DNA of 43,838 bases from Deltaproteobacteria bacterium (GTDB lineage: Bacteria; Desulfobacterota; Desulfobacteria; Desulfobacterales; C00003060): the NCBI GenBank assembly GCA_030665585.1, contig DAOUZN010000001.1, forward strand, positions 1-43,838, read 5' to 3'. The notes beneath the pieces are model-generated. The model saw only the letters and a program-made list of their open reading frames with translations, was not told the DNA's origin and did not search any database. Each line of letters begins with the position of its first letter. Within the stretch, counting starts at the first letter, position 1. Below are positions 1 through 8,412 of this stretch, piece by piece. Position numbers and translations under genes: made by a program.

Positions 1-24
1 CATCCGGGATAGCAGAAAATGCCC

Positions 25-53
25 TTGCTTTTTCTTGGTTATGAGGATAATCT
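25..53 (+). promoter_or_regulatory. candidate sigma70-type promoter for tRNA-Ala
   Basis: TTGCTT (25-30), 17-nt spacer, TAATCT (48-53). It ends about 12 nt before the mature tRNA 5' end. Confidence 0.3.
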
Positions 54-64
54 TAGAAAAATAT

Positions 65-140
65 GGGGATGTAGCTCAGTCGGGAGAGCGGTACGTTCGC
101 AACGTACAGGTCAGGGGTTCAAATCCCCTCATCTCCACCA
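65..140 (+). tRNA. tRNA-Ala (anticodon CGC)
   Basis: 76-nt cloverleaf. Acceptor GGGGATG/CATCTCC carries the G3:U70 alanine identity pair. Anticodon stem GTACG/CGTAC with loop TTCGCAA. T-loop GGTTCAAATCC. Encoded CCA end. Confidence 0.93.
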
Positions 141-238
141 ACGTAATATTGCACAAAACGGGGATGTCATCTGCCCAGGCTCAATGCCATATCCCAGACA
201 CCATTTCCTCAACCTAACCAGCCAACAAAGGAAATACA

Positions 239-844
239 GTGAGTCCTAGGAAGTTAAAAAAGCGCTCGGCGAAAATCACGCGCAGGACCAAGGAAACAGA
301 TATCACACTGGAATTGACCATTGAAGGCAACGGCAAGGGAAGAATTTCTACGGGCGTGCCTTTTCTGGACCACATGCTCACCTTGATGACGGCCCACGGT
401 CTTTTTGATTTGGCTTTAAAGGCAGAGGGCGACATTGAGATTGACGGGCATCACACAATTGAAGACATAGGGATGGTGCTTGGCGAGGCCTTTGACGAGG
501 CATTGGGGGACAGAAAAGGGATAAGACGTTATGGGAGGGGCCTGGTCCCCATGGACGAAGCCCTGGCCTCTGTAGTCATAGATTTTTCAAATCGGCCTTT
601 CTTGGTCTTTCATGTCGATTTTAAGCGAGAGAGCACCGGACGCTTTGACGTGGAACTCGTTAAGGAATTCTTTAAGGCGTTCGCCGACAAGAGCGGCGCC
701 TCTGTCCATATCAACCTCATATACGGCCAGAATACCCACCACATTATCGAGGCCATATATAAGGCCTTCGGACAAGCACTTGATGAGGCCTCCTTGCTCG
801 ATGATAGAATTGCCGGGGTCCGTTCTACCAAAGGCGTCTTGTAA
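239..844 (+). CDS. hisB: imidazoleglycerol-phosphate dehydratase
   Basis: GTG start preceded by AAGGAAA. The translation has the IGPD signatures [17 protein letters not shown] and IDGHHTIED. Length is about 200 aa. Confidence 0.92.
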   Translation: MSPRKLKKRSAKITRRTKETDITLELTIEGNGKGRISTGVPFLDHMLTLMTAHGLFDLALKAEGDIEIDGHHTIEDIGMVLGEAFDEALGDRKGIRRYGRGLVPMDEALASVVIDFSNRPFLVFHVDFKRESTGRFDVELVKEFFKAFADKSGASVHINLIYGQNTHHIIEAIYKAFGQALDEASLLDDRIAGVRSTKGVL

Positions 845-887
845 CGTGGCATACGTCGTGATGGCGACTAAACTGCGAGGTATCTGG

Positions 888-1553
888 ATGCCTGTTGCCC
901 GGCTGTTTTCGGCTATCATGGCTCTTTGCATCCTGGGGTGTGCCTCCGGGCTGCCGGCCTCAGCGCCTGAACGAACACAGCCCTTGCACATCAAGAGTGT
1001 GCTGGTTCTGCCGTTCAAAGAGGCACGTCGACTCTATGGGATGGACAGAAGTGTTCGCTGCCCCGTATGCGGTGCCGTCTTTGAGACGGGCCCTGCCGAG
1101 GCGGGGGCTGAGACATACATGACCAGGCAACTGGTGGCCTTTGTGAAAGCAAAGACGCCCTACACGCTGATCCCGTCCGGCGCCGCGCGGGGCATTCGTT
1201 CTGAGATCATTTCCCGAGATCCTGGCATGTCGGAACGTGGACTCCTTGTGGAGATGGGAAAGAAGTTGCAGGCAGATGCGGTCATGAGCGGAATGATCTA
1301 CCGTTTTCGCCAGCGCATTGGCACGGCCTTCTCGGTGGATACACCAGCCTCGGTGGCTTTTGGCATCCATTTGATACGGGTGGCCGACAGCCGCCTGATA
1401 TGGACGGGAATCTTTGATGAAACACAACACAGCCTTAGCGAAAACCTGTTCAAATTGGGTACCTTTATAAAAAGGGGAGGGGGGTGGCTCACGGCAGAGG
1501 AACTGGCCACCTTCGGGCTCGATGAGACCATGGCCACCCTGCCTTTGCCTTAG
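888..1553 (+). CDS. hypothetical lipoprotein with a CPVCG motif
   Basis: The tracked ORF 612..1553 overlaps hisB, so its N-terminus is not credible. In-frame ATG at 888 follows GCGAGG by 7 nt and gives MPVARLFSAIMALCILGC, a signal peptide with a lipobox. ATG at 861 is an alternative start. No family recognised. Confidence 0.6.
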   Translation: MPVARLFSAIMALCILGCASGLPASAPERTQPLHIKSVLVLPFKEARRLYGMDRSVRCPVCGAVFETGPAEAGAETYMTRQLVAFVKAKTPYTLIPSGAARGIRSEIISRDPGMSERGLLVEMGKKLQADAVMSGMIYRFRQRIGTAFSVDTPASVAFGIHLIRVADSRLIWTGIFDETQHSLSENLFKLGTFIKRGGGWLTAEELATFGLDETMATLPLP

Positions 1554-1743
1554 GGTTCGCGAAGAAGCAACTGTGTTGCCCGGGCCTTTGCGGTAGATTT
1601 ATGCCCGCCCAATCATGGCATTTCCCCGAGCCATTGCCCCCCTGGCTATGGATTCTCCAAACAGAAAGGAGATCCGTCCATTTTCGACATTAAGAGCTGC
1701 TAAAACAAGCTATTGGTTTTGACCATTCGAACACTTGACAGAC

Positions 1744-1919
1744 TCGTAAAAAGTGTTTTGCGAACGACATTGAGCATTTTGGGAGAAAGGCACTTGAGAT
1801 GTTTAGCGTTAAAAAATGCTAACTGTCTGAGGGCCGTAGCCCGAGTTTTGGCATTTTAGCTGAACATCTTAAGGGCCCCCAAAATGTTCACGGAGTGAGT
1901 AAAATCCACTTTTTACGAA
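1744..1919. repeat. 176-nt imperfect palindrome made of two inverted copies of an ~85-nt unit
   Basis: The left arm (TCGTAAAAAGTG...CATTTTGGG...CTTGAGATGTTTAGC...TAAAAAATGC) is mirrored by the right arm (GCATTTTAGCTGAACATCTTAAG...CCCAAAATG...CACTTTTTACGA). The centre is near 1836-1842. No ORF is present. Confidence 0.8.
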
Positions 1920-2006
1920 ACCATCAACACTTGATATTCGAATTTGTTTTGTATTTCGAACTTCGTGCTTCGTATTTCCGGTTTGTCCGGGTTAGGCGGT
2001 TGTCCT

Positions 2007-2732
2007 ATGCTCATCATCCCTGCCGTGGATATTAAGGAGGGGCGCTGTGTGCGCCTCCTTCAGGGGCGCAGAGACTCTGAAACCGTGTTTTCCGATGATC
2101 CTTCAGCCATGGCAGCCAGATGGGAGGCAGAGGGCGCCCTGCTGCTCCATGTTGTGGATCTGGATGGGGCCTTTGAACAGGGTCCTCAGAACGTTGAATC
2201 TATTGAACGTATCGTCAACAAGGTCGACATCCCTATTGAGCTGGGGGGCGGCATACGGACGATGGAAACCATTTCTATGTATCTGGACTTGGGTGTAGAC
2301 AGGCTCATCGTGGGGACAGAGGCCATTCGGAATCCAGGACTCGTAAGGAAGGCTTGCAGGATCTACCCGGGCAAGATCATGGTAAGCATTGACGCCCGTG
2401 ACGGGATGGTCGCTATGGATGGCTGGACGGAGACGAGTGAGCGGGAGGCTATGGCAGTGGCACAGGGGTTTGAAGGCTGTGGTCTGGCGGCCATTGTCTT
2501 TACGGATATTCAAAAAGACGGGATGGAGACTGGCCCGAGTATTGGGCAGACCAAGGCGCTGGCTGAAGCTGTGACCACCCCGATTATCGCTTCTGGGGGT
2601 GTGTCTAATGTGGATGATATCAAAGCCCTTCTTCCCCTGGAGGATGTGGGTGTTGAGGGGGTGATCGTTGGGAGGGCATTATATTCGGGGTCCCTAAATC
2701 TGAAGCAGGCGCTGGAGATTGTTGGAGGGTGA
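2007..2732 (+). CDS. hisA: 1-(5-phosphoribosyl)-5-[(5-phosphoribosylamino)methylideneamino]imidazole-4-carboxamide isomerase
   Basis: ATG at 2007 follows AGGCGG. The translation MLIIPAVDIKEGRCVRLLQG ... VVDLDGA ... GGGIR ... ASGGV is typical of HisA. The 21 codons upstream in the tracked ORF are not HisA-like. Confidence 0.92.
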   Translation: MLIIPAVDIKEGRCVRLLQGRRDSETVFSDDPSAMAARWEAEGALLLHVVDLDGAFEQGPQNVESIERIVNKVDIPIELGGGIRTMETISMYLDLGVDRLIVGTEAIRNPGLVRKACRIYPGKIMVSIDARDGMVAMDGWTETSEREAMAVAQGFEGCGLAAIVFTDIQKDGMETGPSIGQTKALAEAVTTPIIASGGVSNVDDIKALLPLEDVGVEGVIVGRALYSGSLNLKQALEIVGG

Positions 2733-2806
2733 AGCGCCCAAGCGAGCGGATCAAAAACGGGCAGGGTTCCTTTCGGTCTCGTAGACAATTTTCGTGTTTT
2801 TTCGTA

Positions 2807-2835
2807 TTGACAACTAAGCTTTAGCTGCTTATGTT
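2807..2835 (+). promoter_or_regulatory. candidate sigma70 promoter inside the hisA-dnaG gap
   Basis: TTGACA (2807-2812), 17-nt spacer, TATGTT (2830-2835). Confidence 0.45.
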
Positions 2836-3311
2836 AAAAATTTAGCAATTTCATGCTGCCCAATTGTTTCGAACCTTTTCCCCGTGGAGATTTCTATTCT
2901 GACGACGTCCTCTTTTGTTCAACCTGAGCTGACGTCTGTTGAGAGTTACGTCTCAACACCTTTATCCCATACCTCTTGTCTTTGCACCACACGCACGTTG
3001 CTGCCCATTACCCGGCACACGGACCTTTGGATCCGCCAGCGAACCGCGTCTTCAAGAACGCCGATTCTCAAGCAACTCGGCCACGAACCAGGAAACCGCT
3101 TGTGTGTTCATGCACAAAGGAGACGTCGTGGCAACGACATGAAGGCCTCCGCTCGACGGATCAAAGGGGTCACGGGGAAACTGGTTGACGCTAAGGGCCC
3201 TATTGACGTGAATCGGTTATGCCTTATTTTTTAGACAGTTGCCATTTTTTATTCGCGGTGTCCGCCTGAAGGGGGGACAATACTGATCCCTGTTCGGAAG
3301 GGGTGTTTATC

Positions 3312-5063
3312 TTGGCAGGTTTTATAGCCGACGACAAAGTCGCTGATGTTCGAAATGCAGCCAATGTGGTCGAGGTCATTTCAGAGTATGTTGACCTGAA
3401 AAAGACCGGGAAGAACTTCTTGGGGCTGTGCCCGTTTCATGCGGAGAAAAAGCCCTCTTTTACCGTCAGCGAAGAAAAACAGATATTTCACTGTTTTGGC
3501 TGTGGGCAAGGTGGCAATGTCTTGACCTTTGTCATGCTGTATCACAACCTTAACTTTCCGGAAGCGGTTCGATTCCTCGCCAATAAGTACGGGATCGAGA
3601 TCTCCACCAGGCACATGTCCCCTGGCCAAAAGCGGCAGTTGAAACAGAAGGAAATGCTCTTTGAAATCAATCAAGAGGCTGCTGCTTATTTCAAAGCCAT
3701 GCTGCTGGAAAGCCCTTTGGGCAACGCCGCAAGGGGGTATCTGAAAAAACGGCAAATGACGCCCCAGGTCACAGATCGTTTTTGCCTTGGGTATGCGCCG
3801 GGTGGATGGCGTAACCTTGTAAAGCACTTTTCGGCAAAGGGTGTGCCCCTTGAAAGTGTGGAGAAAGCCGGCCTGATCATCCCCAAGAGGGCAGGCTATT
3901 ATGATCGATTCCGGGATCGGATCATCTTTCCCATTGTTGACATTCATGAAAGGGTGGTGGGCTTCGGCGGGAGGAGCTTGGACGAGAGCCTCCCAAAGTA
4001 CCTGAACTCACCCGAGACCCCTGTTTATCACAAGAGTCGAACCTTGTATGGGTTGCACGCAGCCAAACAAACATGCCGGCAGACCGGTTCCGCCTTTGTT
4101 GTTGAGGGGTACTTCGATCTGTTGGCCCTGAGCTGTCACGGCATCAATAACGTGGTAGCCACCCTGGGAACAGCTCTTTCCCGAGAGCATATACGAATTC
4201 TAAAGGGCTATGCAGGGCAAGTCACACTTGTCTTTGACTCAGATGAAGCAGGTATGAAGGCTACTGAGCGAAGCCTCCCCTTGTTTGAGGAAGAGAAGGT
4301 GGATGCCCGCATCATGCGCCTTCCCGAGGGAAAGGATCCGGATTCATATGTCCTTGAAAGGGGTGGCCATCGCTTTCGCCAGTTGGCTGATCAAGCCTTG
4401 GGAATGATGGAGTTTCTCATCGCCTCGGCCGTCGACAAGCACGGCCTTTCCCCTCAAGGGAAGGTGCGGATCGTGGAGGCATTAAAAGGGCCTTTCGGTT
4501 TGCTGGTCGACAGTGTGAGTCGGGCCGTTTATGTCAAGGACTTGGCAGAGCGCATCGATGTGGATGAGGCCGCCATTTTGGAGCAGATCCGAACCTCGAC
4601 TCCGAAGAGGAAGAAGACGATCTCTGCAGCCAGGCCCCGAAATGGTTCAAAGCTGGAGGAGACCCTCGTAGCCATGATGCTCCAGTGGCCTGATATCTTG
4701 TCCGGTGTTAATGCCCAGGAGATTGTTGACGGCCTTGAGACAGGATCGCTGAAGCGGGTAGGGCAAATGATCTTGGACGGATTGAGGACAAGTCAACCGG
4801 CAGTGGGGGCGGATTTGATCGCACAGGCTCAGGATCCCGAGATCAGAAACGTGATATCTTCACTGGCAGTCGAAGAGAGGTTATGGGATCGTGAGAGCTG
4901 CCTCAAAATTGTGGGGCAGTACCAAACCTACCTCAGAAAAAGGCAGGAGAGGGTGTTGCTCAGAAAGATCAAAGAGGCTGAGAGGGCTGATAACCAAGAA
5001 TTACTGCACGAACTCCTTGGAGAAAAGCAGAGACGGCTGCATGGTCGCCTGAATGCTACTTGA
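3312..5063 (+). CDS. dnaG: DNA primase
   Basis: CHC2 zinc finger [13 protein letters not shown]...HCFGCGQGG, a Toprim region (EGYFD, DSDEAG) and a C-terminal helical domain. TTG at 3312 gives MAGFI, like the canonical primase N-terminus, and follows GGAAGGGG. GTG at 3303 is an alternative start. Confidence 0.93.
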   Translation: MAGFIADDKVADVRNAANVVEVISEYVDLKKTGKNFLGLCPFHAEKKPSFTVSEEKQIFHCFGCGQGGNVLTFVMLYHNLNFPEAVRFLANKYGIEISTRHMSPGQKRQLKQKEMLFEINQEAAAYFKAMLLESPLGNAARGYLKKRQMTPQVTDRFCLGYAPGGWRNLVKHFSAKGVPLESVEKAGLIIPKRAGYYDRFRDRIIFPIVDIHERVVGFGGRSLDESLPKYLNSPETPVYHKSRTLYGLHAAKQTCRQTGSAFVVEGYFDLLALSCHGINNVVATLGTALSREHIRILKGYAGQVTLVFDSDEAGMKATERSLPLFEEEKVDARIMRLPEGKDPDSYVLERGGHRFRQLADQALGMMEFLIASAVDKHGLSPQGKVRIVEALKGPFGLLVDSVSRAVYVKDLAERIDVDEAAILEQIRTSTPKRKKTISAARPRNGSKLEETLVAMMLQWPDILSGVNAQEIVDGLETGSLKRVGQMILDGLRTSQPAVGADLIAQAQDPEIRNVISSLAVEERLWDRESCLKIVGQYQTYLRKRQERVLLRKIKEAERADNQELLHELLGEKQRRLHGRLNAT

Positions 5064-5098
5064 GGGCCAAGAGAAGATTTTTTTGGAAGGAGATTTTT

Positions 5099-6844
5099 AT
5101 GACCAAGAAGTCCGAGGTCGAACATCTGAAGCAACTCATCACAAGAGGCAAAAAGCAGGGCTATCTCACTTACGAGGAGCTCAATGATACGTTGCCGGCT
5201 GGTGAGGTTTCCTCCGACCAAATTGACGAAATGATGATGGTCTTTGATGAGCTCGGTATTGAGATCGTCGACGGAACGAGAATCAGAGGTCTTAAGAAAA
5301 AGGTCCGGAAAACGACCCCACAGGCAAAGCCAAAGCCATCCTTGGAGCCGGGAAAGGACACCTTCGGTCGTGTCACGGATCCTGTCAAGATGTACCTCCG
5401 TGAGATGGGATTGGTGTCTCTGCTGAGCCGAGAAGGAGAGGTGGAAATCGCCAAACAGATCGAGGTGGGGGAGCAGGAGGTATTGAAGGCCTTGGTGGAG
5501 TGTACCACAGGAGTTCGGAGAATCATCAGCCTTGGCAAACACCTTCGACGGGCCGAGATCCGCCTCAGGGACGTCTTGCGCGACGTGGATGAGACTGATG
5601 TTTACATTGAAGAAGCGGAACACACGGAAAAAATTTGCGACATTATTGATATGGTGGAAAAAATTGAGCAGGACAATGAAGTATACAGAGATCAATTGTT
5701 TGGTCCCCCCATGGACCGCGAGGGACGGCGACGAGTGAGGCGATGCATCAACCGGAGGAGTCGAAAGGTCTTTGACTACATCAGGGATTGGAGATTGGAG
5801 TCGAGATGGATCGACCTTGTCGTATATGAGATAAGAGAACATATTGCGCACTTGGAAGGTCTGGAGAAAGACGTCGCCCACGTTGCTTCTCAAGCAGGTG
5901 TCACGTTGACTGAGATGCGTGAAGGTTGCAATGCGAAAACAAAATTCATCCAAAGATTCTGGAAAAAAAGCGGACTTAAGAAAACCCAATTTAGCAACCT
6001 GGTTAGACAGGCTGGTGAAATAAGGCAGACCATCGTGCAAGAGGAACTCCAGCTAAAGATGAGCCGGCAGGCCCTAAAACGAGGCTTGGCCCGAATCGAA
6101 CAAGGTCAATACAACACGCGGGTAGCCAAGGCGAAGATGGTGAACGCCAACCTGAGGTTGGTTGTCAGCATCGCGAAGAAATACACAAATCGCGGCCTTC
6201 AGTTTCTGGATCTGATTCAGGAAGGAAACGTTGGCCTAATGAAGGCCGTTGACAAGTTTGAATATCGACGAGGGTACAAATTTAGCACATATGCGACCTG
6301 GTGGATCAGACAAGCGATCACGAGGGCCATTGCTGATCAGGCCCGCACCATCCGAATCCCCGTGCATATGATTGAAACCATTAACAAGCTGATTCGCACA
6401 TCGCGCTACCTTGTTCAGGAACTGGGGCGAGAGCCCACCCCGGAGGAAATCGCTGAAAAGATGGAGTTTCCGTTGGAAAAAGTGCGCAAGGTGTTGAAGA
6501 TCGCCAAGGAACCCATCTCTTTGGAGACTCCCATCGGAGAGGAAGAAGACAGTCATCTAGGCGATTTCATCGAAGATACGAAGTTTATGTCCCCATCCGA
6601 GGCTGCTATCAGCCTGAACCTCGCCGAGCAGACGCGAAAATCTCTCGCTACCCTGACGCCCCGTGAGGAAAAGGTACTGCGGATGCGATTTGGCATCGGC
6701 GAAAAGGCTGACCATACCCTGGAGGAAGTGGGCAAGGACTTTCATGTGACCCGTGAGCGGATCAGACAAATCGAAGCCAAGGCCTTAAGAAAGCTGCGTC
6801 ATCCTACAAGGAGCCGTAAACTGAAGGCATTCTTGGATGTGTGA
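5099..6844 (+). CDS. rpoD: RNA polymerase primary sigma factor (sigma-70)
   Basis: ATG at 5099 follows GGAAGGAG. Region 1.1 reads YLTYEELND. Region 2 reads [41 protein letters not shown]. Region 4 reads [28 protein letters not shown]. Confidence 0.96.
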   Translation: MTKKSEVEHLKQLITRGKKQGYLTYEELNDTLPAGEVSSDQIDEMMMVFDELGIEIVDGTRIRGLKKKVRKTTPQAKPKPSLEPGKDTFGRVTDPVKMYLREMGLVSLLSREGEVEIAKQIEVGEQEVLKALVECTTGVRRIISLGKHLRRAEIRLRDVLRDVDETDVYIEEAEHTEKICDIIDMVEKIEQDNEVYRDQLFGPPMDREGRRRVRRCINRRSRKVFDYIRDWRLESRWIDLVVYEIREHIAHLEGLEKDVAHVASQAGVTLTEMREGCNAKTKFIQRFWKKSGLKKTQFSNLVRQAGEIRQTIVQEELQLKMSRQALKRGLARIEQGQYNTRVAKAKMVNANLRLVVSIAKKYTNRGLQFLDLIQEGNVGLMKAVDKFEYRRGYKFSTYATWWIRQAITRAIADQARTIRIPVHMIETINKLIRTSRYLVQELGREPTPEEIAEKMEFPLEKVRKVLKIAKEPISLETPIGEEEDSHLGDFIEDTKFMSPSEAAISLNLAEQTRKSLATLTPREEKVLRMRFGIGEKADHTLEEVGKDFHVTRERIRQIEAKALRKLRHPTRSRKLKAFLDV

Positions 6845-6872
6845 CGCAAGCAGGTTGACGCGCTCAATTTTC

Positions 6873-6901
6873 TTGACAAGCAGAGCTGTCGGGCGTACAG
6901 A
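6873..6901 (+). promoter_or_regulatory. candidate promoter for tRNA(CAU)
   Basis: TTGACA (6873-6878), 17-nt spacer, TACAGA (6896-6901), about 20 nt upstream of the tRNA. The -10 element is weak. Confidence 0.3.
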
Positions 6902-6922
6902 TCAAGTCAGCTTGGATTTTTC

Positions 6923-6998
6923 GGGCCCATAGCTCAGCTGGAAGAGCCACCGGCTCATAACCGGTAGGTCCCTGGTTCGAACCCAGGTGGGCCCACCA
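6923..6998 (+). tRNA. tRNA with CAU anticodon: elongator Met, or possibly Ile2 (lysidine)
   Basis: Acceptor GGGCCCA/TGGGCCC, anticodon stem ACCGG/CCGGT with loop CTCATAA, T-loop GGTTCGAACCC, encoded CCA. G1:C72 rules out an initiator. Met and Ile2 cannot be separated by eye. Confidence 0.9.
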
Positions 6999-7078
6999 CG
7001 GAAGAACGATACGTAAAGTCCCAGTGGAAGCAGATGGACATGATGCGGGCGGAGACATCTCAGAGGAATCGCGCTAAG

Positions 7079-7104
7079 CAGCCAACCTGCAAGCAGGTTG
7101 GCTG
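7079..7104 (+). other. perfect 11-bp stem-loop downstream of tRNA(CAU)
   Basis: CAGCCAACCTG-CAAG-CAGGTTGGCTG. It is followed only by a weak T-run (CGTTTCCC). Confidence 0.5.
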
Positions 7105-7116
7105 CGTTTCCCTGTG

Positions 7117-7150
7117 AAAAGGTGCGGTCCTTGGGGGCCGCACCTTTTTG
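7117..7150 (+). terminator. intrinsic terminator
   Basis: AAGGTGCGG (7119-7127) pairs with CCGCACCTT (7138-7146). Loop is 10 nt. A TTTTT run ends at 7149. It lies between the tRNA and the next CDS. Confidence 0.6.
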
Positions 7151-7182
7151 CATTTTCGGGGTACATGCTTTTGGAGGTCATC

Positions 7183-7920
7183 GTGAAGGAGCAAATGGCG
7201 TTGTTGGTTAAACTTCAGGAACAAGACCAAACCTTGGGCCGGTTGAGGCGGCAAATACGTGAGGGGCCTCAAAGGATTCAAGAAACCGAAGGACAGGTGG
7301 AAACCCTGCAGGGCAATCTTGAGGCTGGCAAGAACCGAATCCAGGAAATTCAAAAGCTACAACGGCAAGTTGAAGCTGAGGTGGAAGACGGCGCCGGGCA
7401 CGTTGGAAAGAGTAAGATCCGGCTCCTGACGATCAAGAGTAACAAAGAATATCAGGCTGTGCTTAAGGAGATCGAAGACAGTCAGAGGGCAAACGCGGAA
7501 AAAGAGGATAAGATCTTGGGTTGTATGGAGGAAATAGAGGGGTTAAACGAGGAGCTTCAATACCAGGAAAAAGAGCTCTTTGCTGTGCGGGAGACGTTTG
7601 AGAAAGAGAAAAAAACCATTGAGGCGGAGGTCAGGCAAGGCGAAGAGCAGGCTTCCGAAGTGGAACAACGCAGGCGAGACACGGCAAAGGCCATGGATCC
7701 CGGACTACTCGCAAGGTATGAGCAGCTTAGGGCAAGAACCGGCGGTCGGGCCGTGGCTTACGTGGAAAACACAACCTGTTCGGGATGCCACCTGAATATC
7801 CCCCCCCAGATGTATAACGAACTTCAAAGGAGAGATTCGCTGAAGTTCTGCCCGAACTGCGATCGCATTATTTACTGGAAAGACGGCGCCACGGCGCCGG
7901 AGGGAGACATGTCAGAGTAG
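7183..7920 (+). CDS. coiled-coil protein with C-terminal C4 zinc ribbon (DUF164/COG1579-like)
   Basis: GTG at 7183 follows GGAGG by 5 nt and lies downstream of the terminator. ATG at 7195 is an alternative start. Long heptad-rich region, then CSGCHLNIPPQ...FCPNCDRIIY. Confidence 0.8.
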   Translation: MKEQMALLVKLQEQDQTLGRLRRQIREGPQRIQETEGQVETLQGNLEAGKNRIQEIQKLQRQVEAEVEDGAGHVGKSKIRLLTIKSNKEYQAVLKEIEDSQRANAEKEDKILGCMEEIEGLNEELQYQEKELFAVRETFEKEKKTIEAEVRQGEEQASEVEQRRRDTAKAMDPGLLARYEQLRARTGGRAVAYVENTTCSGCHLNIPPQMYNELQRRDSLKFCPNCDRIIYWKDGATAPEGDMSE

Positions 7921-8312
7921 GCCAAACGATCGCTCGTATTTTCGACATGGTCGTCAATGCGGGAGGAAAGTCCGAGCTCCACAGGGCTGGGTGCTCCGTA
8001 ACACGGAGTCGCGGCAACGCGAAGGAAAGTGCCACAGAAAACATACCGCCTTGTGAGATTGGCTCAGCGCTGTCTTGCAGGGTAAGGGTGAAAAGGTGCG
8101 GTAAGAGCGCACCAGTTCCCTGGGTGACCGGGGAAGCTAGGTAAACCCCACCTGGAGCAAGACCAAATAGGGAAGCGTTTGAGGGCGGCCCGTCCGAGCT
8201 TCCGGGTTGGTCGCAAGAGGTATGGGGCAATCCATACCCTGAGATGAATGATCGTTGTTCCGTAAAGGGTGACCGATACGGGAAACAGAACTCGGCTTAT
8301 GGCCTGCTCTGA
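7914..8312 (+). ncRNA. rnpB: RNase P RNA, bacterial type A
   Basis: Conserved blocks GGAGGAAAGTCCGAGCTCCA, GGTAAGGGTGAAAAGGTGCGGTAAGAGCGCACC, GGTAAACCCCACCTGGAGCAAGACCAAATAGG and ACAGAACTCGGCTTAT. P1 pairs AGAGTAGGCCA (7914-7924) with TGGCCTGCTCT (8300-8310). Confidence 0.93.
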
Positions 8313-8412
8313 CATAAACCCCAACATTAGGTAAACTCTTTGGCTGGATTGCTCTTGCAAGAATCCGGAACGTTTTTCTCAGCCCATTGATTCTCGCCAA
8401 GGAGCTATTGTA

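Noticed and set aside
612-887. N-terminal extension of ORF 612..1553
   Set aside because: It overlaps hisB in another frame. A lipoprotein signal peptide with an RBS begins at 888 (or 861).
2884-3234. Overlapping plus-strand ORFs in all three frames (116, 67 and 70 aa)
   Set aside because: None looks like a protein, and none resembles ribosomal protein S21, which was the expected neighbour. Simultaneous openness of three frames points to compositional or structural constraint rather than coding. The region is reported as a non-coding finding instead.
4928-6040. 370-aa ORF on the minus strand
   Set aside because: It is entirely antisense to dnaG/rpoD, whose translations are unmistakable. Its own translation is low-complexity and not protein-like, as is typical of shadow ORFs.
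6845-7099. 12-nt direct repeat GCAAGCAGGTTG on both sides of tRNA(CAU) (6845-6856 and 7088-7099), as a possible target-site duplication or att site
   Set aside because: By rough estimate, a 12-mer match within about 250 nt is expected by chance about once in a window this size. The second copy is simply part of the 7079-7104 hairpin.
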